Assembly (NCBI GenBank): GCA_963783445.1
Contig: CAWANP010000015.1
Span: 216,666-280,665 of the forward strand
Length of the DNA stretch: 64,000 nt
DNA from: an uncultured Chloroflexia bacterium
GTDB lineage: Bacteria; Chloroflexota; Anaerolineae; JAAYZQ01
Direction of reading: 5' to 3'
The notes under the pieces were generated by a model, which saw nothing but the letters and a program-made list of their open reading frames with translations, did not search any database and was not told the DNA's origin. Below are positions 17,992 through 29,474 of this stretch, piece after piece (the first letter of the stretch is position 1; each line of letters starts with the position of its first letter). Made by a program: the position numbers and the translations under genes.

Positions 17992-20804
17992 GTGAACACG
18001 CTGCTCGTAACGACCAAGCTTCACATTCCTCTACCCCGCCCGGAGCGGGTCTACCGTCCCCGCCTCTTGCGGCGGCTGGAGGACGGCTTGAGCCAGGGCC
18101 ACCGGCTGGCCCTGGTCTCTGCCCCGGCTGGCTATGGTAAAACGACGCTGCTCGCTGAATGGGTGCGGCGCGGCGATCGACCAGTGGCCTGGGTTTCACT
18201 GGACGCCGGTGACAACGACTCCGTCCGCTTTTGGTCGCACGTCGCTGCCTCCCTGCAAAAGATCCACGCAGGGGCCGGCGAACCAGCGCTGGCGGCCCTG
18301 CAATCTCCCCAGCCACTTCGCGTCGAGGCTGCTTTGACAGCCTTGATCAATGAGGCCGATGCTATCCCAGAGCCCTTTACCCTCGTCCTCGATGACTATC
18401 ACCTGGTTGACGCAGGGGAGGTGCATGGTGCTCTCAGTTTCCTGCTCGAGCACCAGCCGCTCAACATGCATCTTGTGATCTCTACGCGTTCCGACCCTCC
18501 CTTGCCCATCTTCCGCCTGCGGGCCCGCAGTCAGTTGACCGAACTGCGCAATGAGGATCTTCGCTTCTCGCCTGACGAGGCGCTTGCCTTCCTGAATACG
18601 GTGATGAGCCTGGACCTGACCCGGGAGGATGTTGCCTCACTGGAGGCTCGTACCGAAGGTTGGATCGTTGGTCTACAGCTCGCTGCGCTTTCCTTGCAGG
18701 GCCGTGCGGATACGCAGTCCTTCATTGCTGCCTTCACGGGCAGCCATCACTATGTGTTGGAATACCTTACCGAGGAGGTCGTGCGGCGCCAGCCAGCGCC
18801 GATCCGGCAGTTTCTGATGCAGACGTCGATCCTGGATTGTCTGAGTGGACCGCTATGTGATGCGGTCCTGGACGGGGGTGTGGGACGAAAGATGAGGAAG
18901 CCCAGAGATCCAACCTCGACGATTTGTCCGTCGTGCTTGGGCCTTCGCCGGCGGGCGAGGAGATTCTGGCTTACCTTCAACAGCAAAACCTGTTCGTCGT
19001 TCCCCTGGATGACGAGCGCTGCTGGTACCGCTACCATCATCTGTTCGCTGACTTGTTGGCCAACCTCTTGCGCAAAGAGTGGCCCGTAGAGCATAGCCGC
19101 AAGTTGCACAGGCGCGCCAGCAAATGGTACGAGGAGCATGGCATCCCGGACGATGCCATCAAGCATGCCATACAAGCCCAGGCTTTCGAACGGGCAGCAT
19201 CGCTGATCGAGCAGTCCGCCCAGGCCGCCCTGGCGCAGGGCAGAGTCATGATGCTGCTTGGCTGGCTGGGGCCATTGCCAAATGCGGTGCTGCGCTCCAG
19301 ACCGCGCCTCTGTCTTTACCAGGCATGGGCGCTGCATCTGAGCGGGCAGTCCCGCGCAGCCAACGAGATCCTGCGGAGCGCGAGACGAGTGTTGCAGTCC
19401 CTACCGCCATCCCACGAGGATGAAGGGCTGCGTGGCCAGCTGGCTGCCCTGCTCACCAGCATTGCCATGCTTCACGAAGAACCATCTCAGATTATTGCAG
19501 AAGCCAGGGAAGCTCTGACTTTCCTCCCTGAGGAGGACTCTGTCTCGCGCGCCAGGGTGCACGTGGCGTTGGGCACAGCCCATGCCTACGAGGACGAACC
19601 AGAACAGGCTGCAGAGGCGTGGCGACGGGCCAGTAAGCTGGCACTCGAGGCCGCCAATCCCTTCTTGGCTACAGCCGCTATCGAGCTCCTGGCCGGCATG
19701 CAGATCTACCATCAAGGCCGCCTGCGGGAGGGTGCCCGGACCCTCCAGCAGGTGTTGGATCTGGGGACCACACCGGCTGGTTTGCTTCTTCCCTTCACTG
19801 CGACGGCACATGCTTTGCTGGCAGAAATCTACCTGGAATGGAACGACCTGGATGCCGCTGGCATCTATCTGGAGAGGGGGATTGAGCTGCTGCAGCGGGG
19901 GGGTATCGCCTATGGTATGACCCATACCTACTGCGCCAAAGCGCGTCTCGCGCGAGCGCTGGGCGACCGGCAGGGGCCATAGAAGCGCTTCAGGCGGCAA
20001 GGCGGGCTACCGCGAGCACACCCCATGTGGCACATGATCCTCCACCAGGCATCCTGCCAGACGCGGTTGAGCCTGTGGCTAGGTGATGTGACCGGGGCAG
20101 AGCGGTGGGCCAGCGCCGACCCGGCAACCGTCGAATGTGACCTGCCTGACAAGCTTCCGTGTTATTTGCGTGAAGTTCAACAGATCTCGCTGGCGCGGGT
20201 GTGTCTCGCCAAGGGTGAGGTAGACGATGCCCTGGAGATGCTAGATACGCTGCTTCTGGGAGCTGTGTCAGCAGGCAGGGCGGCGCACGTCGTTGAAGTC
20301 AGCCTGGTGAGGGCCCTCGCGCTGCGAGCACAAGGCAAGATCTGCGCAGCTATGAAATCGCTCGAGACTTCGCTATCAATGGCTGAACCGGAGGGGTATG
20401 TACGGACATATCTGGAAGAGGGCGAACCCTCGCGCCTACTAGTCTCAGAATTTCGGTCTCTGAGCCTGGCACAATCCCGAAAAACTCCGGTTCAGGTATC
20501 TCGTCCCCTGCTGAGATACGCTGATAGACTGTTGGCTGCATTCTCGCACACCGAGACGGAGATAGCTTTGCCACTCACCGAGACGCCGACAGCTAGAATC
20601 CAGAACCTAGTTGAGCCCTTGACAGGACGGGAACGGGAGGTACTGCAACTTATCGGCAAAGGGTACACGAACCAGGAAATTGCCGCGGCACTGGTCGTTA
20701 CCGTGAATACGGTGAAAAAGCATGCAAGCGGGATCTATGGCAAACTGGGCGTGCGCAGCCGTACCCAGGCGGTGGCACGTGCCCGCGATTGTGGGCTACT
20801 ATAG
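17992..20804 (+). pseudogene. MalT/LuxR-type large ATP-dependent transcriptional regulator (AAA ATPase, TPR-like region, LuxR HTH) with at least three frameshifts
   Basis: Walker A SAPAGYGKTTLL; central LFVVPLDDERCWYRYHHLFADLL; C-terminal LuxR HTH EREVLQLIGKGYTNQEIAAAL..VNTVKKHASGIYGKLGV. The ORFs 17992..19089, 18924..19982 and 20025..20804 are in different frames. Confidence 0.75.
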
Positions 20805-20865
20805 AGACTCCCACATCGTTGGCTGGACCTCTTTCCAGTTGCAATCGGGTAGGCCGTCCTGGATC

Positions 20866-21192
20866 TCACTCGTTGACGACGATGGTCACGCCGAATCGAT
20901 CCTGGATGCTTGCATCCCCTTCCCATTCGCACCAGTGCTTCAGGCTGATCTGCACACTGCCGGTCGCTTTGGTCCGGAAGGTCAACACACGCTCTCCTGG
21001 ACCACCAAAGAGGGGCTCAGTTGGCAGCTCAAAGTCGTCGCGCTCCAGCGCCAGAATTCCTGGATCCGTTTCGGTAGGTGCCCACGTATAGGGGGTTGCT
21101 CCGTTCTCCTCGAGGCGCACCTCGATCAGATCACCCCGATTCACTTCAAAGGAACGGCTATTGTCGCCACGTGTCACGTTCAAGACTGACAT
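20866..21192 (-). CDS. Chagasin-family (I42) cysteine-protease inhibitor
   Basis: 108 aa with the ATPYTWAP core matching the I42 NPTTGY-W loop. It lies in the same operon as the C1 peptidase. Confidence 0.65.
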   Translation of the reverse strand: MSVLNVTRGDNSRSFEVNRGDLIEVRLEENGATPYTWAPTETDPGILALERDDFELPTEPLFGGPGERVLTFRTKATGSVQISLKHWCEWEGDASIQDRFGVTIVVNE

Positions 21193-21369
21193 CTCTTCTG
21201 CTTCTCCCTCGCTACCGTTCCAGCCTGAGGTTTCGATCGGACCAGAGCGGGACTGAAGTGCTGGCGGGGGAGGCTCTTGCGATCCCCCGCCAGCATCAAT
21301 CAGTACGACACTGATCCGTAGCTCTGAAGTGGCTGGGCGTGGAGACGCCCAGCCATCCGTACCCTCTGG

Positions 21370-21720
21370 TCAGAAGGTTTTGACGCATCTCACCTGGGTC
21401 AGTTGGTTACCGGTATCCCAGCACACAAGGATTTGGTCGGCTGCCATAGCTACCTGTACCAGGCCAGCTTCCTCGGTCGCGGTCACGTTTCGGTAGCGCC
21501 ACGAACCGCCAGCATAGGCCAGGATGCGTCGAAGCGGTGAGGTAAAGTAGCGATCCATCATCAAGTGCTGCGCTGTCCCGCAACCGGCAGCTGCAGACAA
21601 GGGCCCCGCGGCTTCCATACTCAGCTCTGTTGGCAGTGGCCCGATCTCTGCCAGCCACGGCTCGATCGATGCCTCTGCTTCTTCCATCTCTGCCAGTAGA
21701 TCCGAACCGAACTCGTACAT
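21370..21720 (-). CDS. Small protein with the unassigned ~60-aa domain (GCG.AQHLM...AYAGG.WRYRNV...LVCWD.GNQ...RCVKTF); paralog of the 23012..23367 product
   Basis: Full-length pairwise similarity to the second small ORF and to the C-terminal extension of the C1 peptidase. The likely start is MYEFGSDLL. Confidence 0.5.
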   Translation of the reverse strand: MYEFGSDLLAEMEEAEASIEPWLAEIGPLPTELSMEAAGPLSAAAGCGTAQHLMMDRYFTSPLRRILAYAGGSWRYRNVTATEEAGLVQVAMAADQILVCWDTGNQLTQVRCVKTF

Positions 21721-21816
21721 GTCTACCTCCTGTCCTCGTTTCGACCAGATCGGCATCGCTGCCAGAACCCGCGCTAGGGTGTCTTGATCGCGCGGACCAT
21801 GGTCAGCTTGTTGCCG

Positions 21817-22888
21817 TCATAGCAAGCCACGACTCGGTCGGCAGCAAAAGAGATCTTGGGCAATCCCCACCAGTTCAGCATCGCCGACGATCCGGTGGCG
21901 CCATGCGCTATCGACGTATGCCCACAGAACCACGCCACCGCCAAACTGCTTCTGGACCATCAGATGTTTGGCCTGGGCACAGCCTTTCTCGGGCTTGACG
22001 TCAACACTCACAGAGTAGAAGGCCCAACTGCTGTCGATCAGCAGCTTGCTCTGACCGTAGGCAAGGCGGAAGAAGCCAGCCTCACCCCAGCCTGTCCCCC
22101 AGCTGTTTTTGCCGATCCAGCATCCTGCGCTGTCATCGTAGCCGACGATGCAGATGCAGTGGTAGCCACGCAGAGTCGCTGCGTTGCTCACACGGTACAC
22201 GCCACTCTTGTACGCAGAAAAGTCGTTGTAGACTGCCATTCCTGCGACACCGGCCCGATAGACGAAATGGCCGTTTTGCGGGCCTCCATCGTGCTGTGGG
22301 CCTGAAAGCCCGTGATTTTTGTCAGGCGTGATTGCCAGTTGCTGCACCGGTCACTACACGGCTGATTTCGTGGCTGATAGGGAAAGCATGCATCGTCTGT
22401 CACACCAGTACTTTTGGCGTAGGCCAGACCCGACGTCAATCCCCAGCCGCTGCAGCTTCCACCTCCGCAGAACTGCATAAAGGCCTCTGACAGATCCACG
22501 GCCTTCTGGTGATTGTTGGCTTTGATACGGATGTTGGCCTCAATCGTGGCGCACGTCCCAAAGGAGACGCAGGACCCACAGCCTCCCTGGTTCTTGACCG
22601 GGGTCACATAGTTCTTTCCGTTCACATTCCGCCAGTCCCGTGCCGCAGGGGCAGCTACGGGCGCCCGCACCGTAAAGGCGCGCTTCTCTTCCTCGGCAAG
22701 CGCCTTGGTCTCGGCCGCCATCGCCCTCAGCTCTGCCCGGGTGGCGAATCCACGCCCAGGTACTTGTCCTTCTCCTCGATGGGAAGCGCCGTGAGTGTGG
22801 TTTCGCCTGGGACCCAGCCCAGGTTCTCCTCTTCGACTGCCGCTTTTATCTCAGGCACCGATAGGATCTTTTCTACCTTCTTGGCCAT
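21817..22888 (-). CDS. Papain-family (C1) cysteine peptidase with a C-terminal extension domain; interrupted by about two frameshifts
   Basis: DWR..VTPVKNQGGCGSCVSF (Cys-box), GYHCICIVGYD (His-box) and NSWGTGWGEAGFFRL (Asn/Trp box) are spread over the ORFs 22727..22960, 22188..22721 and 21817..22347. No signal peptide. Confidence 0.7.
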
Positions 22889-23011
22889 TTTACCCTCCGT
22901 GGTCCCTCTGGAAAGAATCCTGCAAGCACTGTACTCGCGACTTTGCCCTTGAAGGCACAATCTGAGAATGGCCGCAGCTGGCTGCTGGGCCTTCTCGATA
23001 TGGGTGGTTCG

Positions 23012-23367
23012 TCAGAAGGTTTTTACGCATCTCATGAGCGTTATCTGATTGCCGGCATCCCAACACACCAAGACTTGGTTGGATGCAAAGGCTACCTGCA
23101 TCAGGCCCGCCTCTTCCGTGGCAGTCACGTTCCGGTAGCGCCATGCGCCTCCTGCATAAGCCATTGCCCGCCGCAGTGGGCTGGTGAAATAGTGATCCAA
23201 CAGTACATTCGTAGCCGCAGCACAGCCTCCCGCTCCCAGTACCGGATCACCAAACTCCGGAATGGCAGCCTCGGTTGGCAGCATCGAGCCAGCGGCTTCC
23301 AGCGTCGCTCGAGTGCTGCTTGCTCCGCATCCAACTGCGCCCAGATCTCTGCACTGATCTCAGACAT
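23012..23367 (-). CDS. Small protein with the same unassigned domain (paralog), with one frameshift
   Basis: The N-terminus MSEISAEIWAQLDAEQAALE (frame of 23125..23367) aligns with the paralog N-terminus. The C-terminal 90 aa are in the frame of 23012..23284. Confidence 0.45.
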
Positions 23368-24116
23368 TGATTGCCTCCTTTGCCTCGTACTTTGAGATGG
23401 ATACCAAAACCTGCACGGGTAACACGGATCTGATCGCTACCACCCCCTTTCTCCGTCAGAAGTGGGCATCCTGACCTGTAGCCTGGGCTTGATCAGAGTG
23501 CTCACTAATCCATGTGGCGGGCTACCACCAGTTTATGCCAAGGCGAATGGCCGGCGCAGAATGGGCAAGGCAGTCTCGTACCCAATATCTGACGCAAGGC
23601 GCTGGGCCGAATCGCCCATGTGCTTTGGCGGATAGCACGCTCAGGCCGTCCGGAAGGGGCTGGATAGCCGGTTGCTTGTGGGTCCTGGCTGCGTAGCGGT
23701 ACCTTGCTCGCTGAGAGCTACGATGACAGGTATAGCGAAGCAGAGTGGCACGGAGTGGAGTGTTGTTGTCTACAAGTCCTGCGATGAGGGCAGTGTTGGA
23801 AGGGACCCCTCCACGTTTCATTATACCATATGTCAAAAGGCTTGTCAATACCGAAATTCTCTTGGCAGTGTATCATTTCAGGTGAAAACTCTGCTTGTAC
23901 AGGCGTCAGGTTTCCTGGCGGTAGCCTACACTTTTGGGTAGGGTATATGCTGATGCACCTCTGACAAACCTTATACTCTCGTGTGCTGACAGGGAGCCGC
24001 CAGCCGGCTATACTACGGCCACGAGGGCTGGTAGGTGGCCTGTCTGATCCCGACATACCGGCCTGACAAGTAGGTGATGCCCTTGGCCCTTCAGATTCCC
24101 GGACCGGCGACCACTT

Positions 24117-25242
24117 TTGGGGGGGAGTGTCATGGAAACCGTTGCGCTGATACTCAGTTGGATCTTGAGCATTCTCTTTGCTCTACTGGCCCTCTCGATG
24201 TTCCTGACCGGCAATCGCCTCAAGGTGATTCCGCTGGCAGTCATCGTCCTGCTGCTGCTTCCACCAGCTAGGGGGCTGATCCAGCAGCTTATCGGCCGCC
24301 CGATTCCTGGCTGGCTGATCGCCGTGCTGGTCATCGCCTTGCTGGCTGTCTTTGTTCTGCTCTTTTCCAGAAACAAACCAGTATCCATCTACCGCACTCC
24401 CGAACATGAAGCCAGGCTGATGGAGATCTATGATGCCAGGCTCGATGCTTGGCCGGTCCCCTATGAGATGCCAAACCGTGGACACCGAGTACGGGCCAGT
24501 ACACGTCATCATCAGTGGGCCGGAGGATGCACCTCCCCTGCTGTTGCTCCACGCCTCCGCTGTGTCCGGCGTCTCGTGGTTGGAGAACATCGAGGAACTG
24601 AATGAGCGCTACCGAACCTATGCGATCGATACCATCGGTGATGTAGGCCGCAGCGAGCTGGACGATCTCGTCCACTTTCCAGGCGACGGCGAGGCTCTGA
24701 GCGACCTGGTCGCGGATGTATCGGGCAAGCTTGGCGTCGAGAGGGCCTCGGTCGTCGGCGCTTCCCAGGGCGGGTTCATCGCTACGAGCTATGCCCTCCA
24801 CGCTCCAGAACGAGTGGAGAAGATGGTCTTGCTTGGGCCTATGGGCTACGCAGGCACGAGTTCTTCGGTGGCGAGGATCCTTCTGGCCAGCTTGTTTCCC
24901 CTCAGGGTCATCCAGGAGGACACGGTCCGCTGGGCTTTTGGCGACGATCCTGGGGTGCTGGAAGCCTATGGAGACTGGCTGCTGACGGTTATCGATGGGG
25001 TCGCCTCCAAGCAGGCGCGGCCGACCACGTTTTCGTCCGAGCAGCTAGGTAGCTTGGAGGCTCCGGTCCTGCTCGTCCTCGGCGCCAGGGACAACCTGGT
25101 AGGTGACCCAGAGAATGCCAGGGAGCTTGTCCAGGGTGCCCCCAACATCCAGGTCGAGGTGGTCGATACCGGGCACCTGGTAGGCGTGGAGCGGCCCGAG
25201 GAAGTCAACGAGTTAATCCTCCAGTTCCTTGGCGCTCGCTAG
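24117..25242 (+). CDS. Membrane-anchored alpha/beta hydrolase (one frameshift near 24475)
   Basis: Two N-terminal TM helices, then an alpha/beta-hydrolase fold (LLLLHASAVSG, nucleophile elbow GASQGG, C-terminal His). Confidence 0.7.
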
Positions 25243-25316
25243 CAGAATTCTGAGCCTCGGCGAGCTGCTTGCTCGTGGCCCAGGTGCTCTAGCCGTAGGC
25301 AATCCGGGGGGATCGC

Positions 25317-25583
25317 ATGAGCACTCTGCAATTCTATGAGATCCGCATCGAGGGTCACTTGGGCGACAGTTGGTCGCCTTGGCTGGATGACATGACGATC
25401 CATCGCGAGGAGAATGGTGAAACGCTTCTGTCTGGACCGCTCCGTGACCAGGCGGCTTTGCATGGCGTCCTCATGCGAATCCGAGACCTGGGTCTACCAC
25501 TGGTGGAAGTAAGGCGCAAAGAAGACCAACCCTTTCGAGAGTTCAAGCAAGGCGTAGCTTTGCCACCTTCGCAAGGATCGTAA
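25317..25583 (+). CDS. Hypothetical 88-aa protein
   Basis: ORF only; no recognisable motif. Confidence 0.3.
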   Translation: MSTLQFYEIRIEGHLGDSWSPWLDDMTIHREENGETLLSGPLRDQAALHGVLMRIRDLGLPLVEVRRKEDQPFREFKQGVALPPSQGS

Positions 25584-25613
25584 CAGGGATCGCAAGTGAC
25601 AAGGAGGGAAGAC

Positions 25614-26461
25614 ATGAACAGAATCTTGGTCCTCGGTGGAACAGGAATGTTAGGCGCCCCGGCTGCCCGCCGGCTGAAGGCCGATGGCTTTGCAGTGCGG
25701 CTGATGGCACGTGATCCGGAGAAAGCCGGGGGCGTGTTCGGAGAGGGGTTTGAGATTGTTGGTGGCGACGTCGCCGACCCTGCCAGCCTGGAGTTGGCGC
25801 TGCAGGGTTGCGAAGGTGTGCACATCAGCGTCGGTGGCCCGGTCGATCAGCTCAGTGCCGAGAACGTCGCCGCCCTGGCCCCCGGACTGGGTTTGGCGCG
25901 CATCACTTATGTCTCCGGCTCGACCGTCTGTGAGGAGAACGGCTGGTTCCCGACGATCAAACAGAAGCTGGTGGCGGAAGAGGCCATCCGGGACTGTGGC
26001 GTGCCCTACACCATCCTTTGCCCCACCTGGCCCATGGAGCAGTTGCCGCGCTTCGTCATGGGTGGCCGGGCAGCCATCTGGGGCGAGCAGCCTACCCCTA
26101 TCACTGGTTCGCGGTGGAGGACCTTGCTACCATGGTCTCAAACGCCTACCAGCGGGAAGAAGCTGCCAACAAGCGGCTATACGTCCATGGGCCGGAAGCC
26201 ATCCGGATGCACGAGGCGCTGGAGCGCTACTGCCAGGGATTCCATCCCGAGATCGAGGCCGTCGCCGTCGTGCCCATCGACGCGGCCCGGGGAATGGCTG
26301 CCTCCAGCGGCAGCGAGATGCTCACGTACTTTGCTGAGCTGATGGCCTACTTTGACCAAGTTGGCGAGTTGGGCGATCCGGCCGAGGCCAACCAACTCCT
26401 TGGCGCGCCGGAGACTACATTGGACGCCTGGATCCAGCAGAGAAGAGATGCTGGCCGATGA
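25614..26461 (+). CDS. NAD(P)H-binding NmrA/SDR-like oxidoreductase (frameshift near 26095)
   Basis: Rossmann motif LVLGGTGMLG. The C-terminal part continues in the ORF 26018..26461. Confidence 0.7.
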
Positions 26462-26465
26462 TGGT

Positions 26466-26504
26466 CAAGACTGGACCAGTCTGGGTCAGGACTGGTCCAG
26501 TCTG
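26466..26504. promoter_or_regulatory. Two tandem 18-bp palindromes, CA(A/G)GACTGG(A/T)CCAGTCTG, with centres 21 bp apart; probable dimeric transcription-factor operator pair
   Basis: Read directly: caagactggaccagtctg ggt caggactggtccagtctg. Each unit is self-complementary. It sits between the NmrA-like gene end and the small membrane protein gene. Confidence 0.4.
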
Positions 26505-26700
26505 AACCCGGTGGAACCTCCACACTGTCTGTCAAGCTCCTCCACAATCCCTCCACAGTTCTCCTGTATCCTTCAGGCACAATCAACTGCGAGAAGGCGA
26601 ACTGCGATGAGTGCAAAGACAGCGACGGGAATTGGAGGAAGAGCTGCTACTGCCACGACAGTGATCTCGGATCTGCGCCGGCCTCGCGCTGGCCACGGCC

Positions 26701-26955
26701 TTGCTCTACGCCCTGCTGGCAGCCGGCTGGCTGCCAGTCAAGGGCCTGGAGGCCACGGGCCGGGAGCAGACCATCGTCGTGGTAGCGGCTGCCTGCTACG
26801 CGCTGGGCGGGCTACTAGTCCTGGCCCGGGGACGCTGGCTGTGGACCATGGGTGCAGTGATGAATGCTCTGGTGATCGTCACCTACCTCGGCTTCTACTT
26901 GGGTAGGCCAGATGTCCTGTTCTGCACGCTGGGGGTGCTGAACAAGGGGCTGTAA
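26701..26955 (+). CDS. Small hydrophobic membrane protein (TTG start)
   Basis: 84 aa, two predicted TM helices. It lies downstream of the palindromic operators. Confidence 0.3.
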   Translation: MLYALLAAGWLPVKGLEATGREQTIVVVAAACYALGGLLVLARGRWLWTMGAVMNALVIVTYLGFYLGRPDVLFCTLGVLNKGL

Positions 26956-27160
26956 ACCCTGCTGGAGATAGGGCTGATCTATCTCAGCGTGACCCACAAA
27001 CCTGATACTGGGGCGCTAGCCCGCGTCTCAGACGGATAGATTCCGCTCTGTCCTGAGTCGCTCATTGTGGCCCGTGTGGCCCTCCGTACCATGGGTGGCA
27101 TCTTCAGCGATGCCACTGCTTCGCGGGCCAGCTGCAGCCTTGCGATGAGTCCGTTGCCTT

Positions 27161-27937
27161 TTACACCTTCCGAACGATGAGCAATTCACGGTGTTCGTTG
27201 GTCTCAATGCCCCGTGGTGTGCTGTATTCTGCGATGATGCGATTCACACCCCGCCAGTGTTCGTCAACATCAAATGGCTCAGGCAGGGGTACTGCATTCA
27301 GCCAAAAGACCAACGACTCCACGTCAGAGAACCAGTATGGGACATCATATTCAGCCTTGGCTACAACCTGGCAGCCCAGCCGCGCAAACTCGGCGGCGAG
27401 CCCCTCCATGGGTTGCCACCAGCCATCACCGAAACTGGCTGGCGTCCAACCGAAAGCGTCGAGTATGTTGAGTGTATTGCGGCGGGCGACTTGTTGCGTC
27501 AGGAAGTAGCCTTTGGTGCGCAGGACTCGGCATACTTCACGGGCGTTCACATTGGAGTGGCGGTTCAGCACCACGTCGAACTGCGCATCTGGATGGGCGA
27601 GGTGGTGGTTGTTCATCAAGACCAAATCGACGTTCCCCGTTGGTGGGCCCACCCAGTTCTGCCGGGCCTGTTCGATCATGTCGGAGTAGGCGTCTATGCC
27701 AATGCCCTTCTCAAAGTAGGGGGCAAGGGTGATAAAGATCTCGCCACCTCCCGTGCCAGTGTCAAGTACAAAGTCGGTTTGATTCAGGAACTGGCGTACA
27801 ACTTTGACATAATCCCACGGAACGGGTGCGCGTTCATCACGTACTCGGGAAAAGTCCCAGCCCGATCGTTGGCCGACAGACGCTGAGAGATCTCTCAGTG
27901 CTTCAAGTGTGAGTTCTCCACATAGTTTAGGTGACAT
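27161..27937 (-). CDS. Class I SAM-dependent methyltransferase
   Basis: Motif I VLDTGTGGGEI and the methyltransferase fold. Confidence 0.75.
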   Translation of the reverse strand: MSPKLCGELTLEALRDLSASVGQRSGWDFSRVRDERAPVPWDYVKVVRQFLNQTDFVLDTGTGGGEIFITLAPYFEKGIGIDAYSDMIEQARQNWVGPPTGNVDLVLMNNHHLAHPDAQFDVVLNRHSNVNAREVCRVLRTKGYFLTQQVARRNTLNILDAFGWTPASFGDGWWQPMEGLAAEFARLGCQVVAKAEYDVPYWFSDVESLVFWLNAVPLPEPFDVDEHWRGVNRIIAEYSTPRGIETNEHRELLIVRKV

Positions 27938-28505
27938 AATACCTCGTCACCAGCCGGCTGAGTCCCTCCGGCGTCAGGTTGCGGAAGCCGGCCCGACGAA
28001 AACTGGCCGGGGAGCCCATATAGGTGTACGAAGGGGAGTCCGGCTCTACCGGATAGCCCTCGACAATCTTGGCGCCCTGTGATCGGGCATAGTTGATTGC
28101 GGCCTTCAACAGGCCAAGCGTGACTCCCTGCCGGCGGAAGCGGCGATCCACAAAGAAGCAGACTACCGACCACACCGGCGCGTCGTCGATGCGCGGCAAG
28201 GCGCGGTACCTTTCCAGGGCAGCATAGGTTTCCCGCGGAGCAATGGAACACCAAGCCACGGGCTCTTCATCCGTGTAGGCAAGGATGCCGACCGGAACAC
28301 CTTGACGAACCAAACCCTCCAAGGCCGCTACTCGCTGCTCCTTGGTCGAGCGCCGGAAATCGGTGCTGGTCATCCGCCAGCGCATGCAGGAGCAGTAGCG
28401 GAACTTGCCGTGCTGAGCAGAGAATCGGTCCAAGTCGGGCAATCGCTCCTGGGTCACCGGGTGGAACTGTACTTGTGGGTTGGACTGCTTATCCGCATCG
28501 TTCAT
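27927..28505 (-). CDS. GNAT-family N-acetyltransferase
   Basis: Motif A FVDRRFRRQGVTLGLLKAAINYARSQGAK. Confidence 0.8.
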   Translation of the reverse strand: MNDADKQSNPQVQFHPVTQERLPDLDRFSAQHGKFRYCSCMRWRMTSTDFRRSTKEQRVAALEGLVRQGVPVGILAYTDEEPVAWCSIAPRETYAALERYRALPRIDDAPVWSVVCFFVDRRFRRQGVTLGLLKAAINYARSQGAKIVEGYPVEPDSPSYTYMGSPASFRRAGFRNLTPEGLSRLVTRYYVT

Positions 28506-29474
28506 GTATTCTGCTAGCGAGCTCCTTCATGGTGCTGCTGAATGGCTGTGAACTGAGCTGCCTATCGAAGAAACACATATGTCCCCGGTCGCTGGGACCG
28601 GGACGGCGCTGCCAGGCAGCTGTGCGGCCTGACTGCAAGGGCGAGATACGGCGCGATCGAAGGCTGGGCCCGGAAGCAGGAGCCGTTGCTACGCGCCTTT
28701 GCTGGTGATGATCACCTCAACCAAAACCCATGAAATCGCCTTCTGAACCTGAACCTGTGTCCTAAATCGAGAAGAAAAAGTGCATGGGCGTAGCCAGGCC
28801 ATCTGGCAAGAGTTGCTTGCATTGTTTCTTGAGAAGCTCCTCGGCCTCTTCAGCGCACCGCGTTCCGGTCTGAACCTGACCCTGGGCTTGATCCTGCATG
28901 GATATCTCCATGAACGCATCAAACTCGATTTCAGTCATGGGTACAAGTCGAACCAATTGCTGCTCCTCCGTTGTGATCGAATCCTGTCATGTGTGCAGCG
29001 TACCAATCTCTGCGTATGCAGAATCAATGTTTCCTGACTCATTGGGCACCCTGGATGGAGATCTCCCGACTTTTTGTGGGACGTGCATGCACGGTATTGA
29101 TTCGCAAGATGAACCTATCCCGGACTTGTTGCTGGGTAGACTCCAACTCTGCCGGGTGCAGCCATTATAAGGGAGAGTTCGGCGACAGTCAAGCTATGGC
29201 GGAGGAGCCAGGATGGGGCTAAGCGAGGAGGAGACTATCTGGCCGCGCAGAGTCCTCTCTACGGTATGCAGAAGTGGCATGCAGGCCCCTGTTCTGGCAT
29301 TCGGCATTTGGTTGCAGCGACAAGCTATGGTAAGATGGCCGTGCACAAGCCAAAAAGGTACGGGTAGAAAAGCAAAGGGCTGCCCGTCGATGTGCGTAGG
29401 ACAGTTGGAGAAAGAGGCCCTGCCCGGTTGACAGGGATATCGACAGGTGCGGGGAAGAGAAAGCGGGACAGGCC

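Noticed and set aside
23522-24056. 108-aa and 112-aa minus-strand ORFs in the long intergenic region
   Set aside because: They are low-complexity, mutually overlapping and without motifs. The region is treated as non-coding or regulatory.
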